From an uncultured Dehalococcoidales bacterium (GTDB lineage Bacteria > Chloroflexota > Dehalococcoidia > E44-bin15): a stretch of DNA of 64,000 nucleotides. The notes under the pieces were generated by a model that saw only the letters and a list, made by a program, of their open reading frames with translations, was not told the DNA's origin and ran no database searches. The stretch's first letter is position 1; every line of letters starts with the position of its first letter. Location of the stretch: assembly GCA_964443325.1 (NCBI GenBank), contig CAYUCL010000003.1, forward strand, positions 33,961 to 97,960. The letters are read 5' to 3'. The position numbers were made by a program, and so were the translations under genes. Positions 18,640-29,066 of the stretch are shown here, one piece after another.

Positions 18640-19620
18640 ATGGTTGAACAGATTTTACCCAACCTATACACAATCGAGGTTCCTCTTCCAGGAAGCCCTC
18701 TAAAAGCGACCAACTCGTACATAATAAAGGCTGATGATCGATCTTTGATTATCGACACGGGAATGAATCGGGAAGAATGCCTCTCCGTACTATCTGCTGG
18801 CTTGAAGGAACTTGATGTAAATCTAGCGCAGGCAGACTTCTTTATCACGCATATGCATGCTGACCATTCAGGTCTCATCTCAACTCTAGCCACAGAGACA
18901 TCAACAATCTACTTCGGTGAAACGGATGCTCCCAGTGGCGCTATGGCCGCCAAGCATAACTATTTTGAGCAGATTCCCAAAGTTGCTCGCATGCAAGGTT
19001 TTCCTGAGGACGAACTTCAAAAGGCTATTAAGAATCACCCCGGTTACAAATACAGTGCAAGAGGCCACTTAGAATTTCATTTTGTTAGAGACGGCGACAT
19101 AATAAGCATCGGCGACTATTCATTTATATGCATTGCAACCCCAGGCCATACTAACGGTCACATGTGTCTTTATGAGCCTAATAAGAAGATCTTTGTTGCC
19201 GGAGACCACATTCTTATTGATATTACCCCTAATATCTCATTGTGGTCTGAAGGTGATGAAAACCCTCTGGGTGATTACCTGGCCAGTCTGGACAAGGTCT
19301 ATGACCTAGACGTTGAGCTTGTATTACCTGGACATCGAAGACGTTTTAAGAACCACAAGCAGAGAATTGACGAATTGAAGAAGCATCACGAAACAAGAGC
19401 TAATGAAGTTCTCTCCATACTCAAACAAGGTAGTCAACATGCCTATCAGGTGGCATCGCAGATGACCTGGGATATGAGCTACGAGCACTGGCATGAATTC
19501 CCACCCTCGCAAAAATGGTTTGCCACCGGAGAGGCGCTTGCCCACCTCAAGTATCTTGAGGACGAGGGGAAAATACGAAGGGAAACCCACAATCAAACAG
19601 TATTCTTTTCACTGATATAA
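18640..19620 (+). CDS. MBL-fold metallo-hydrolase
   Basis: HMHADHSG metal-binding motif and downstream His/Asp ligands. Confidence 0.75.
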   Translation: MVEQILPNLYTIEVPLPGSPLKATNSYIIKADDRSLIIDTGMNREECLSVLSAGLKELDVNLAQADFFITHMHADHSGLISTLATETSTIYFGETDAPSGAMAAKHNYFEQIPKVARMQGFPEDELQKAIKNHPGYKYSARGHLEFHFVRDGDIISIGDYSFICIATPGHTNGHMCLYEPNKKIFVAGDHILIDITPNISLWSEGDENPLGDYLASLDKVYDLDVELVLPGHRRRFKNHKQRIDELKKHHETRANEVLSILKQGSQHAYQVASQMTWDMSYEHWHEFPPSQKWFATGEALAHLKYLEDEGKIRRETHNQTVFFSLI

Positions 19621-19625
19621 TACAA

Positions 19626-20915
19626 TCAGACAGGAATGTCTTTAGGCTCTTCCGTTCTTTCCTCTTTAATCACAAACATATAAGCAATTGTGTTTGCCTT
19701 GACATCAGCTATCAGCAACGTTAGACCTGCATAAGTTATCTGCTCCCCTTCTTTGGGAAGATGCCCAAAGAGGTGGAGGGCAAATCCACCAATAGTCTGA
19801 TAGTCGCCTTCGGGAATATCGAACTGGAGCTGCTCATTTACGTCGTCGATTCGCATGCCGCCCTCTATTTTATAGAGATGCTCTCCGACTACCTCAAATT
19901 CCTTTTTGGCTTCCGTCAGTTCTTCTCTCACCTCGCCCACAATTTGCTCGACTACTTGCTCGATGGTCACTATGCCCGAGGTACCCCCGTACTCGCTTAA
20001 CACAACTGCCATCAAATATCCTTCGTCCCTCATTTCGCCAAACAGTTCGCCAACTGTCTTGCTTTCAGGAATAAAATACACGGCGCGAGCCAGGTCGGTA
20101 ACCACATCCTGTCGCCCCATCGAGTCCTGTGACATGGCGGTAAGTACATCGCTGATGGAGAGCATACCTACCACATTGTCGTAGCTTTCCTCGTAAATGG
20201 GGTAACGCTGGGCAGGAGACTCACTGTATATCTTCAGGAAATCATCAAGCTTGATACCCTGCTCCAGCCAGACTACCTCGGTACGTGGAGTCATCACCTC
20301 CCGCACCTGACGTTCCCCCAACCTGACGACGCTGCGCAGCATTTGCGCTGAGGCCTCGTCGACAACGCCCTCCTCCTCCCCCATGGAGATTATTGTACCT
20401 AGCTCCTCCCGGCTAATTAGCTCCCCCGTTATAGTGCTCGAATGAGTCAGGTGTGTAAACCTGCCAGCGACCCAGCTCAACGCGATGACAACAGGGTGTA
20501 ACAGCCTGGAAAGTATCTCAATTGGCCTGACGTACAGCAGAGCGATTCTCTCCGGGTGCTGTGCAGCAATGGTCTTAGGAATCACCTTGGCGAATATGAG
20601 TAATACGATGGCTATGACCACAATAGCTACCGGCGTTCCTACGCCCTCACCCAACAGCGCAACGATGAATATCGTTCCCAGTGCAACGACGATGGTTTCG
20701 GCAAAGCTGAGGCCAGTGAGAACAACAGAGAGGAATCGCGACGGGTGTTCCATAATCCTGGCTACGCGGTCAGCGCCGTGAACTCCCTCCTCCTGTAGAT
20801 GCCTGAGCCTGAACCGTTGCAGGTTGATGAACCCTATCTCAGCGCTGGCAAAGAAAGCACAGATCAAGAGAAATAATATGGATAGCAGCAGATATAAAAT
20901 TTCTAAGGTTCCCAT
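19626..20915 (-). CDS. HlyC/CorC (CNNM) family transporter: DUF21 + CBS pair + CorC_HlyC domain
   Basis: Four N-terminal TM helices, a CBS pair, and a C-terminal transporter-associated domain. Confidence 0.8.
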   Translation of the reverse strand: MGTLEILYLLLSILFLLICAFFASAEIGFINLQRFRLRHLQEEGVHGADRVARIMEHPSRFLSVVLTGLSFAETIVVALGTIFIVALLGEGVGTPVAIVVIAIVLLIFAKVIPKTIAAQHPERIALLYVRPIEILSRLLHPVVIALSWVAGRFTHLTHSSTITGELISREELGTIISMGEEEGVVDEASAQMLRSVVRLGERQVREVMTPRTEVVWLEQGIKLDDFLKIYSESPAQRYPIYEESYDNVVGMLSISDVLTAMSQDSMGRQDVVTDLARAVYFIPESKTVGELFGEMRDEGYLMAVVLSEYGGTSGIVTIEQVVEQIVGEVREELTEAKKEFEVVGEHLYKIEGGMRIDDVNEQLQFDIPEGDYQTIGGFALHLFGHLPKEGEQITYAGLTLLIADVKANTIAYMFVIKEERTEEPKDIPV

Positions 20916-21030
20916 ACTTCCATCTTTGGTTAATCAGTTGTGTAATTCTACAATGAGATGGTCTAAACCACAAGAATGACCACCCTCTACTATGGCGAAT
21001 TATTGATCATGATATAATGGGCTGAAAGGT

Positions 21031-21744
21031 ATGGGTGAGAAAATGGAACGGAAAATATATCCACAGTGCCACAGATGTGAGAAGAGGGTCTGCTACCCTA
21101 CCATTGGAGTCGATGAAGAGCCCCCATTTAGTGAGGCGCCGGAATTCTGTCCCATGAGGCTTCATAGCGAGATCATACAAAGTGCGCTCTCCGAGTATGA
21201 CAGGAAGGATGTCAGAGAGTTTGCTCGGCTTGCCTCATTACAGGAGTTTGAATGTTATGAGTGGGTGCCAGAGGGCATAAGGACAAGGTTTCCGCGGGTG
21301 GAAGAGACCATACAGTTCGCCAAGAAAAATGGCTATAAGCGAATTGGCATAGCTTTTTGCATCGGTCTTATGAACGAGGTTCGCATGCTGGCACAAATCC
21401 TGGAGCGTAAGGGCTTCGAAGTTGTCTCTGTATGTTGCAAAGCGGGTGCAATCCCCAAGGAAAGAATAGGGTTGAGGGCGGAGGAGAAGATTCCAGGCCC
21501 GGCAATCTTCGAGTCGATGTGCAGTCCGATAACCCAGGCTGAAATCTTGAACGCAGAAGAGGTCGATTTTGTCATCCAACTGGGCCTTTGTGTAGGACAC
21601 GATACCCTTTTTATGAAGTATTGCCGCCTACCCATGACAGTGCTTGCGGTTAAAGACCGGGTTTTAGGACATAACCCGCTAGCTGCGCTGTATCTATCTA
21701 CTTCGCCCTATTACTCCAGGCTTAGGTCTCGAAAGACGGATTGA
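21031..21744 (+). CDS. DUF1847 family metal-binding protein
   Basis: N-terminal Cys cluster PQCHRCEKRVCYP and the overall pattern recalled for DUF1847. Based on recall only. Confidence 0.5.
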   Translation: MGEKMERKIYPQCHRCEKRVCYPTIGVDEEPPFSEAPEFCPMRLHSEIIQSALSEYDRKDVREFARLASLQEFECYEWVPEGIRTRFPRVEETIQFAKKNGYKRIGIAFCIGLMNEVRMLAQILERKGFEVVSVCCKAGAIPKERIGLRAEEKIPGPAIFESMCSPITQAEILNAEEVDFVIQLGLCVGHDTLFMKYCRLPMTVLAVKDRVLGHNPLAALYLSTSPYYSRLRSRKTD

Positions 21745-21799
21745 CGCAATGGAATTCACCGATCATTGTCCTATCACCAAAGCTTAGAGATGTACTCAT

Positions 21800-23659
21800 A
21801 TGAGCGATACTGTTGAAAATTTGGCACCACTTGTCTTGAAACTGGACGTCATGGGACGCCTGGGAGAGGCCTTAGCCTGGAGTAATAGTACTAAGGTATT
21901 CGTCTTTGGAGGTATCCCCGGCGAAGAAGTGCTGGCTGAGGTAGTGCGGCAGCACCACAATCGTATCGCCGCGCGAGTGGTCAAGGTGATAGTTTCCTCT
22001 TCCCAGCGGGTGGAACCGCCATGCCCCTATTTCGGGTCGTGTACCGGGTGTCAGTGGCAACACATCCGCTATGAGCACCAGTTGGAGCTTAAGCACATGA
22101 TGGTCAAGGAGGCCATGGAAGCGATGGGAGGGATGGTCCACGCTCCGGTGGCCCCTGTTGTCCCTGCACCCCAGACCCTGGGCTACCGCAACCACGCCCG
22201 CTTCACCGTGGGGCCAGAGGGCGCCCTCGGTTTCGTCAACCGCGAGAGCCGCCGCTTTGTCCACATCGACCAATGTCTACTCATGCACCCATCGATCAAC
22301 GAAGCACTATCCCAGCTTCAGGGCCGCTGCGCAGAGACTACCCAGCTCTCTATCCGCTATGGAGTAAATACCGGCCAGTGGCTGATTCAGCCCACCCTCA
22401 GAAGGCCTGAAGTTCCTCTATCATCTGGCCAGAAAAGCTACGAGGAGGCTCTTCACAGTAAACTCTTCCGCATATCTGCTGCCTCTTTCTTTCAGGTGAA
22501 CACAGCCCAGGCGGAAAGAATGGCTGAGCTGGTGCGGGAGCGCCTCGCATTGACCGGCGAGGAACTGCTTGTAGACGCCTACGCTGGTGTAGCCACCTTC
22601 GCTGTTCTCTTCGCCCCGTACGCCAGCAAGGTCATCGCCATCGAGGAGTCGGCCTCTGCTATCAAGGATGCCCAGGTCAACATCCAGGGTTTGACTAACA
22701 TTGAGCTTGCCCAGGATAAGACGGAAAAGTTGCTACAGTCCCTCCCGCAAGTACCTGATGCCCTGATTCTGGACCCACCGCGCACCGGATGCCACCCCAC
22801 AGTCCTGCAGACCATCCTGCATCGGCCGCCGCAGCGGATAGTGTATGTCTCGTGTGACCCGTGGGCTCTGGCCCGCGACCTGCGAGTGTTATGCCACGGG
22901 CCTTTTGTTCTGGAAGAGGTGCTACCCATTGACCTCTTTCCCCAGACTCACCACATCGAGTGCATCGCCACCCTATCTTATAGCCCAGAAAGGCAGTATG
23001 CCTTCCAATCACGCCAACAGCTTGTGCTGGCTTCCGAATCCCCCAGGCGGCAGGAGATCATGGCCACCATGGGCCTCACCTTCCAAACAATACCATCGAA
23101 GGTTGATGAGACTCCACCATCCTATGGTGATCCGGTAGCTATTGCCCAGAAAGAGGCCCTCGACAAAGCCCTGGCTGTGGCATCTGACCTGCGCGAGGGA
23201 ACGGTTATCGGAGCCGACACTGTGGTTGCCGATGGGGATGATATCCTGGGCAAGCCTGCAACGGAGGAAGAGGCCTATGCCATGCTGCGCAGGCTTCGTG
23301 GTAAGGAACATCGGGTTATCACCGGGTTAGCCCTGGTAGACGCTGCCAGTGGCGAACAGCTCAGCGGCTACCGCATCAGCCACGTGCGCATGCGAGAATA
23401 TAGCGATGAAGAGATCACTGCCTATATCGCCGCCGGTGATGCCTGGGACAAGGCTGGTGCCTACGGCATCCAGGATACCCAGTTTCATCCCGTGGCTAAG
23501 GTGATGGGCTGCTACCTGAACGTTGTCGGTCTTCCCCCCTGCATACTGCTGCGTCTACTACACCGAATGGGCATATATCCAGCCATCGACCCCAACTGGG
23601 TCCCACCAGGGAAATGCCGCGATTGCCATCGCCTGGCCAGAGATGCCAGGGATAAATGA
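21800..23659 (+). CDS. bifunctional fusion: RNA (uracil-5)-methyltransferase (RlmD/RumA family, TRAM + 4Fe-4S + SAM MTase) fused in frame to a Maf nucleotide pyrophosphatase
   Basis: aa 1-about 395: TRAM region, CPYFGSCTGCQWQH cluster, DAYAGVATFA SAM motif, LDPPRTG and the family C-terminus VYVSCDPWALARDL. aa about 403-600: Maf signature LASESPRRQEIM...IGADTVV.DG.ILGKP...LSG..H.V.TGLAL...AGAYGIQ. There is no stop between the two. Confidence 0.7.
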   Translation: MSDTVENLAPLVLKLDVMGRLGEALAWSNSTKVFVFGGIPGEEVLAEVVRQHHNRIAARVVKVIVSSSQRVEPPCPYFGSCTGCQWQHIRYEHQLELKHMMVKEAMEAMGGMVHAPVAPVVPAPQTLGYRNHARFTVGPEGALGFVNRESRRFVHIDQCLLMHPSINEALSQLQGRCAETTQLSIRYGVNTGQWLIQPTLRRPEVPLSSGQKSYEEALHSKLFRISAASFFQVNTAQAERMAELVRERLALTGEELLVDAYAGVATFAVLFAPYASKVIAIEESASAIKDAQVNIQGLTNIELAQDKTEKLLQSLPQVPDALILDPPRTGCHPTVLQTILHRPPQRIVYVSCDPWALARDLRVLCHGPFVLEEVLPIDLFPQTHHIECIATLSYSPERQYAFQSRQQLVLASESPRRQEIMATMGLTFQTIPSKVDETPPSYGDPVAIAQKEALDKALAVASDLREGTVIGADTVVADGDDILGKPATEEEAYAMLRRLRGKEHRVITGLALVDAASGEQLSGYRISHVRMREYSDEEITAYIAAGDAWDKAGAYGIQDTQFHPVAKVMGCYLNVVGLPPCILLRLLHRMGIYPAIDPNWVPPGKCRDCHRLARDARDK

Positions 23660-23664
23660 TGCTT

Positions 23665-25392
23665 CTACGGCTTTACCCGAAGCGTGCGCAACCGATTTAC
23701 CGCGGCAGCCAACTCCTGCGCTCTGAAGCCTACAAGGTCGGGAGGGTATAGAATGTGAGATATCCCATCGAGTCCCGCCTGTTGCACATCACGTTGGACC
23801 CGCCCTAATATCTCTCGAAGAGGCGTACTACCATCCATGTAGCGCTGTCGTGCGTATGCCATGGCGTATCCGATGGCCTTCACCTGTCCGTCCTCAACAA
23901 CCTGCTCCACATGGGAGAGGTCAATCTCGTCGCGCCCGAACAGAAGCGTACGCGTTCCTCTAGCCTTCAAATTCACCTCACGCCGCCCCTTCCTTGGGTC
24001 CAGGCTCTCCGCAAGAGGAATGCGCTTCGGGATAGGTCCGAAGTGGTCTCCACCCTCTAATGTCCGGTCAGTGGGATACTTTAACGCTATTGCCCTTGCC
24101 TCCTCGGCCACCTCCTGGGGCACGTACTCTACCATTGCGATAACCGTATCCGCCACATCGAAATAGTCCCCCGAACCTCCCATAACCAGCACGGTCGAGA
24201 CTCCGTGGTCTTTATATAACCTCTGCACCTGGTCGACGAAGGGAGTTATTGGCTCATGTCGCTTTTCGACCAAGGCTTGCATCCTTCGATCGCGGATCAT
24301 GAAGTTGGTGGCCGAGGTGTCTTCGTCCACTAGTAGAAGACGGCTTCCCGCCTCCAGCGCCTCAGCGATGTTGGCCGCCTGAGAGGTCGAGCCACTGGCG
24401 TTTTCCGTGGTAAACCATCGGGTGTCCACACCACCCGGCAGCCGATCGATAAATGGCGAGATGTCAACGCCAACCACGCTACGCCCGTCCTCCGCCCGTA
24501 CCTTAAAAGCGGTGGGATCAGAGACCACCAGCTCTCGGCCGTCACCAGGTACGTGATTGTATACCCCACGCTCAAACGCCCGCAGCAGCGTGGACTTCCC
24601 ATGAAAACCGCCCCCAACGATAAGCGTAACACCTTGAGGCATACCCATACCTGTCACGGCACCTCGGCTGGGCGCCCCTATCGTCACCCGCAGGCGTTCC
24701 GGCGAGCGGAATGGAACAGCCCGTGCCAAGGGCCGGTCGTCTACCCCGCTACGGCGTGGGAGCACGCTATCATCAGCGACAAATGCCACCAGCCCGAGTG
24801 TCTCAAGACTTGCCCGCAGTGCATCGGTATCCTCAGAGGCTTCCACATGCTCCCACAGCGCTTTGTGGTCCAGATTTTTAAAGTAAAGTGCCGCTTCCAC
24901 GATGACAGGCAGCGCCTGCACCAGCATATCCTCAGCCTCAACCCCCAGGATACGGCGCCCGGCCGCTGGCAGCCCGACGAAGAAGCGCAGTTCCACATAG
25001 TCTTGGTTCACCTGGCATGCGCTGCGCTCCAGGATCTCCTGCCCTGGAGCGTCAACAAATAGCTGACCGCTCTTGCCTGAACCGCGGCGCTCCGAAACAT
25101 GCCGCGCCTCCCGGGCGAAGGCCCTTACCAGAAAGTCCCGAAGGGCGACCCCCCGCGAGCGGTTGGAAAAGGTCTCTGGCGGAAAATCCGCCACCCCCTG
25201 AGGCACGAGGACGTGGAAACGGCTTGGGGCAGCAAATGGATCCCCTTGAATATGGTCCACTACAAGCTCGAAGCCCGGGAATTGAAAGCGCTGCCTTTCC
25301 AGGTCTTTGTAGGCTTTGTAGCCACGACCATCGATGCGATGCAGGATCTCCCGAAGCCGATTCATCTCAATCAGAATATCCTTTTGCTGCAA
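23665..25392 (-). CDS. ABC-class ATPase domain protein (COG3044-like, P-loop GGGFHGKST)
   Basis: 575-aa ORF with a single Walker A in the middle and the characteristic length of the predicted 'ATPase of the ABC class' family. Its stop is only 5 bp from the stop of the convergent rlmD-maf ORF. Confidence 0.5.
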   Translation of the reverse strand: MQQKDILIEMNRLREILHRIDGRGYKAYKDLERQRFQFPGFELVVDHIQGDPFAAPSRFHVLVPQGVADFPPETFSNRSRGVALRDFLVRAFAREARHVSERRGSGKSGQLFVDAPGQEILERSACQVNQDYVELRFFVGLPAAGRRILGVEAEDMLVQALPVIVEAALYFKNLDHKALWEHVEASEDTDALRASLETLGLVAFVADDSVLPRRSGVDDRPLARAVPFRSPERLRVTIGAPSRGAVTGMGMPQGVTLIVGGGFHGKSTLLRAFERGVYNHVPGDGRELVVSDPTAFKVRAEDGRSVVGVDISPFIDRLPGGVDTRWFTTENASGSTSQAANIAEALEAGSRLLLVDEDTSATNFMIRDRRMQALVEKRHEPITPFVDQVQRLYKDHGVSTVLVMGGSGDYFDVADTVIAMVEYVPQEVAEEARAIALKYPTDRTLEGGDHFGPIPKRIPLAESLDPRKGRREVNLKARGTRTLLFGRDEIDLSHVEQVVEDGQVKAIGYAMAYARQRYMDGSTPLREILGRVQRDVQQAGLDGISHILYPPDLVGFRAQELAAAVNRLRTLRVKP

Positions 25393-25636
25393 ATAGTAAC
25401 GTTCGTATTGACTGCAATATTAGCACTGGGCTATTAATAGAGCAATCTGCACAAATTAACACAACCGCGCTTGTTACAGGTCTTGACAGCCTCCGAGCAG
25501 GCGTTTAGCATACCCGCACCAGCAGATACGGGAAATCCCTGTATATGGAGAAAACGGTGGCTGTGATTAAATGCCGAGCTATTATAGATATCATATGTAG
25601 CTGCCCTACCATCAAGAAGCGAAAGAGGTTTTCTTT

Positions 25637-26500
25637 ATGAACGATAAGCTGAAGATTGCTGCGGTGCAGATGGAACCCAAGATCCTGGAGAAGGATAGGA
25701 ACCTGACAAGATGCCTCGAGCTGATTCAGGTCACCGCCAGGGAGAGCGCTCAGCTTATTGTCTTTCCTGAATGCGCTTTGACTGGGTACGTATTTACCAG
25801 CCTTGAGGAAGCACTGCCCCTTTGCGAATCTATCCCAGGTACCAGCACCGGAAAAATCATTAGCGTGTGCCGTGAACTGAATGTATATGTGGTACTTGGT
25901 TTGTTAGAAAGGGAGGCTGACAAATACTACAATGCCGCAGTCCTTCTGGGCCCTGGGGGAGTGCTCGCCAAATATCGCAAGATCCACCTTCCCTATCTAG
26001 GGGTTGACCGCTTCTTGAACCATGGCGACCTACCACCAACTGTATGTCAGACAGAGATAGGCAGGATAGGGATAGGCATCTGCTATGATATAAATTTTCC
26101 AGAACACGCACGTGTTATGGCATTGCAGGGAGCAGATATCATCGTTCTCCCAACGAACTGGCCTTTGCACAGGGAGTTCGTCCCAGAGCATATTGTCCCG
26201 GCAAGAGCCGCTGAGAACCTGGTCTTCGTTGTTGCTGTCAATCGTGCTGGTGAGGAACGAGGCATAAGGTTTATCGGTCGCAGCAAGATCGCCCATTGGT
26301 CCGGAGGGATAGCTCTGGCTGAAGGGAAGCCCTATGAAGAAGATGTCCTTTATGCTAATATCGAACCAGCAACAGCCAGGGAGAAGCACTTGGTATTCAC
26401 TCCTGGAGAGTTTGAGGTGGACATCTTCAAGGACCGAAGGCCAGAGCTATACGGTGTTATCACTAAGCCCTTGGATGATCCTTCTCGCATTAGGAAGTGA
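25637..26500 (+). CDS. carbon-nitrogen hydrolase (nitrilase superfamily)
   Basis: Glu-Lys-Cys triad context: IAAVQME, FPECALTGY, and a Cys in the IGIGICYD region. Confidence 0.8.
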   Translation: MNDKLKIAAVQMEPKILEKDRNLTRCLELIQVTARESAQLIVFPECALTGYVFTSLEEALPLCESIPGTSTGKIISVCRELNVYVVLGLLEREADKYYNAAVLLGPGGVLAKYRKIHLPYLGVDRFLNHGDLPPTVCQTEIGRIGIGICYDINFPEHARVMALQGADIIVLPTNWPLHREFVPEHIVPARAAENLVFVVAVNRAGEERGIRFIGRSKIAHWSGGIALAEGKPYEEDVLYANIEPATAREKHLVFTPGEFEVDIFKDRRPELYGVITKPLDDPSRIRK

Positions 26501-26738
26501 TACAGCGTCCTAGACTAGGCTACCCGTGATAGGATATTGGACGTATTCCAAGTCCATGTATCTGGTGGCTAGGTGGCATTGCCAGTGAAGGTATCAATTG
26601 ATAAAGACTATACCCCAAGGCTGGTGGCGCGATCCCAGATGCCAGTTTGGTGAACTCAGCCTGTTCCTGTAGGGGCATTCAATTGAACGTCCCTACAAAG
26701 CAACAGGTTTCATAATATTTTCATAGGAGGTGACAACC

Positions 26739-28172
26739 ATGGCGAAATCTGCCGAACTCGCTTTCCTTGACGCTATTGCCCAGGCAGGCCTGGTGCGGCG
26801 GAAGGAGGTCAAGCCAATCGAACTTGTGGACGCGGCCATTGAGCGGATCGAGCGCCTCAATCCTACCCTCAATGCAGTGATCACGCCAATGTACGAACAG
26901 GCTCGCACCGCTGCCAACAGCGCACTTCCCGAGGGACCCTTCACCGGGGTGCCCTTCCTGCTCAAGGACGTCATTGCCAGCTATGCTGGCGTGCGAATGA
27001 CGTTTGGGTCGAGTTTCCTGCGCGACCACGTACCGGACCACGATAGCGAGCTGGTGTCACGGCACAAGCGTGCCGGTCTGATCGTCCTCGGCAAGACCAA
27101 CGCTCCCGAGTTTGGCATACTTCCTACCACCGAGCCGCATCTCTTTGGTCCTACGCATAATCCATGGGATACGAGCCGAACCTCAGGCGGGTCCAGCGGT
27201 GGCTCGGCCGCGGCTGTTGCCGCTGGCATGATACCCATGGCCCATGGCAATGACGGCGGTGGCTCTATTCGTATTCCCGCCTCCTGTTGTGGTGTCTTCG
27301 GTCTCAAGCCCACTCGAGGGCGTACGTCGCTTGGCCCTGACTTCGGCGACCTGATAGGCGGCTTTGTCGAGGAGCACGCCCTCACCCGGACGGTGCGGGA
27401 TAGCGCCGCCCTGCTTGACGCCAACGCAGGCCCTTCCATTGGCGACCCCTACTGGGCGCCCAAACCTGCCCGTCCCTTCCTTGAGGAGGTGGGCGCCGAT
27501 CCAGGGCGTTTGCGCATCGCCTTCACTACCGAAACGGCTACCGGCGTCGCGGTCCAACCCGACTGCGTCGCCGCCGTCCACGACGCAGCCAAGCTCTGCA
27601 GCGACATGGGCCACGACGTGGTGGAGGCCAACATGTCACTGCCTGGTGATTCGCTCGTTCAAGCTTTCATAACCGTTTGGTGTGCCATGGTAGCCTGGAC
27701 CATTGATGGCATGGCTCTCATCACCGGTCGTACGCCATCCGCCGACCAGTTTGAGCCGCTCACCTGGGCATTGTACGAAGCGGGCCACCAGAGAACCGCG
27801 TCAGAGTACCTGTTGGCGGTGACGACACTCCAGTTGATTTCCCGTGAGATCGCTCGCTTCCGCGCCGACTACGACGTGATTCTGACCCCCACCCTGGCCG
27901 AGCCCCCACCACCGCTGGGCACCTTCGATTCACCTCCGGACAACCCGTGGCAGGGTCTCTTTCGATCCGCTGAATTCATGCCCTTCACCCCGCTGTGCAA
28001 CTTCACCGGTCTACCTGGCATGTCCATGCCTCTCTTCTGGAACTCGGAGGGAATCCCCATCGGCACGCACTTCGTAGGACGTTACGGTGACGAAGCCACT
28101 CTCTTTCGCCTTGCGGCACAGCTTGAGGAGGCGCATCCATGGGCCGAGCGCCTACCTCCGGTGTCAGCTTGA
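26739..28172 (+). CDS. amidase (amidase-signature family, GatA-like)
   Basis: AS signature [15 protein letters not shown] and the Ser-cisSer-Lys context. ATG at 26739 is preferred over the tool's GTG at 26730 because AGGAGG sits 8 nt upstream. Confidence 0.8.
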   Translation: MAKSAELAFLDAIAQAGLVRRKEVKPIELVDAAIERIERLNPTLNAVITPMYEQARTAANSALPEGPFTGVPFLLKDVIASYAGVRMTFGSSFLRDHVPDHDSELVSRHKRAGLIVLGKTNAPEFGILPTTEPHLFGPTHNPWDTSRTSGGSSGGSAAAVAAGMIPMAHGNDGGGSIRIPASCCGVFGLKPTRGRTSLGPDFGDLIGGFVEEHALTRTVRDSAALLDANAGPSIGDPYWAPKPARPFLEEVGADPGRLRIAFTTETATGVAVQPDCVAAVHDAAKLCSDMGHDVVEANMSLPGDSLVQAFITVWCAMVAWTIDGMALITGRTPSADQFEPLTWALYEAGHQRTASEYLLAVTTLQLISREIARFRADYDVILTPTLAEPPPPLGTFDSPPDNPWQGLFRSAEFMPFTPLCNFTGLPGMSMPLFWNSEGIPIGTHFVGRYGDEATLFRLAAQLEEAHPWAERLPPVSA

Positions 28173-28282
28173 GCAGCACTGCGGGCGGTCTTGGAATAAC
28201 ACCAGAAAATATGAATTAGGCGAACTCAGAGTTCGTCCGTACTACTTGTTAGGTGAAATCATCCCTAACATAAGGAGACACT

Positions 28283-28792
28283 ATGAAAACCGTTGTCGTT
28301 CTTGCCATGCATGGCGCACCGCCAAATGACTTTCCCAAACACAAACTGGCTGAATTCTTTTCATTATATGGCGGTCCTGGACATACATCTGAGACAGATT
28401 CCGTAGCGCCTAAACACCGCTATGCCGAGCTGGAGGCTAGTATGCGCGCGTGGCCACGTACAGAACAGAATGATCCCTTCTACCATGCTTCACAGGACCT
28501 GGCAATACACCTAAGCCGAGCAACAGGACATGAGGTGATTGTTGGGTTCCACGAATTTTGTGCACCCGATTTGGATGAGGCGCTTGAACATGCGATAAAA
28601 CATGGAGCCGATAAGGTCATCGTCATTACACCAATGATGACCCGCGGTGGCGAGCATTCCGAGGTGGACATTGCTGCCACGGTAGAACGCGCGAAAACGC
28701 TACACCCTGATATCCCTATCACCTACGCATGGCCGTTTGAGGTCTCCGAAATAGCGCAGTTTCTTGCCTCACAGATAGCCCGGTTTGCTTGA
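28283..28792 (+). CDS. CbiX/SirB-type sirohydrochlorin chelatase-like protein
   Basis: Small protein with N-terminal VVVLAMHGAP and a second His in the VIVITPMMTRGGEH region, as in the CbiX small form. Confidence 0.45.
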   Translation: MKTVVVLAMHGAPPNDFPKHKLAEFFSLYGGPGHTSETDSVAPKHRYAELEASMRAWPRTEQNDPFYHASQDLAIHLSRATGHEVIVGFHEFCAPDLDEALEHAIKHGADKVIVITPMMTRGGEHSEVDIAATVERAKTLHPDIPITYAWPFEVSEIAQFLASQIARFA

Positions 28793-28959
28793 CAGACCAC
28801 GTCTCTTACCCCAATAGCGTGTTACATCTCCTATAATCACACCCACTTTACGGTCTGATCGATCGTCCTCAATTACCTGAATAGCGCCGCTTCTATTCTC
28901 CACTATTAATCTATATCAAGTCCTCGTATGTGATCTGTACTTCTCTCTCTAAATATGTG

Positions 28960-28988
28960 TTGACAACGAGACATATACTTGGTATAAT
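28960..28988 (+). promoter_or_regulatory. consensus sigma70-type promoter: TTGACA, 17-bp spacer, TATAAT, upstream of the MarR-epimerase operon
   Basis: TTGACA at 28960-28965, TATAAT at 28983-28988. The palindrome TTACAGTAA at 29003-29011, just downstream, is a candidate MarR operator. Confidence 0.5.
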
Positions 28989-29066
28989 ACAAATAGTTAG
29001 CCTTACAGTAATAGATTGTGTTACCAATAATATGTGCCTTATTCAAATAAAGCTAGGAGGCGCTAC

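Noticed and set aside
22958-23030. Possibility that rlmD and maf are separate genes using the in-frame GTG (LVLAS) as the Maf start
   Set aside because: No stop codon separates the two domains in this sequence, so as given it is a single fused ORF. Only a sequencing error could split it.
26730-26738. GTG start giving the MTTMAKS N-terminus for the amidase
   Set aside because: The ATG at 26739 has better AGGAGG spacing, so the GTG extension is unlikely.
26501-26738. Weak CCTAG-A-CTAGG hairpin after the nitrilase gene, considered as a terminator
   Set aside because: Only a 5-bp stem and no U-tract.
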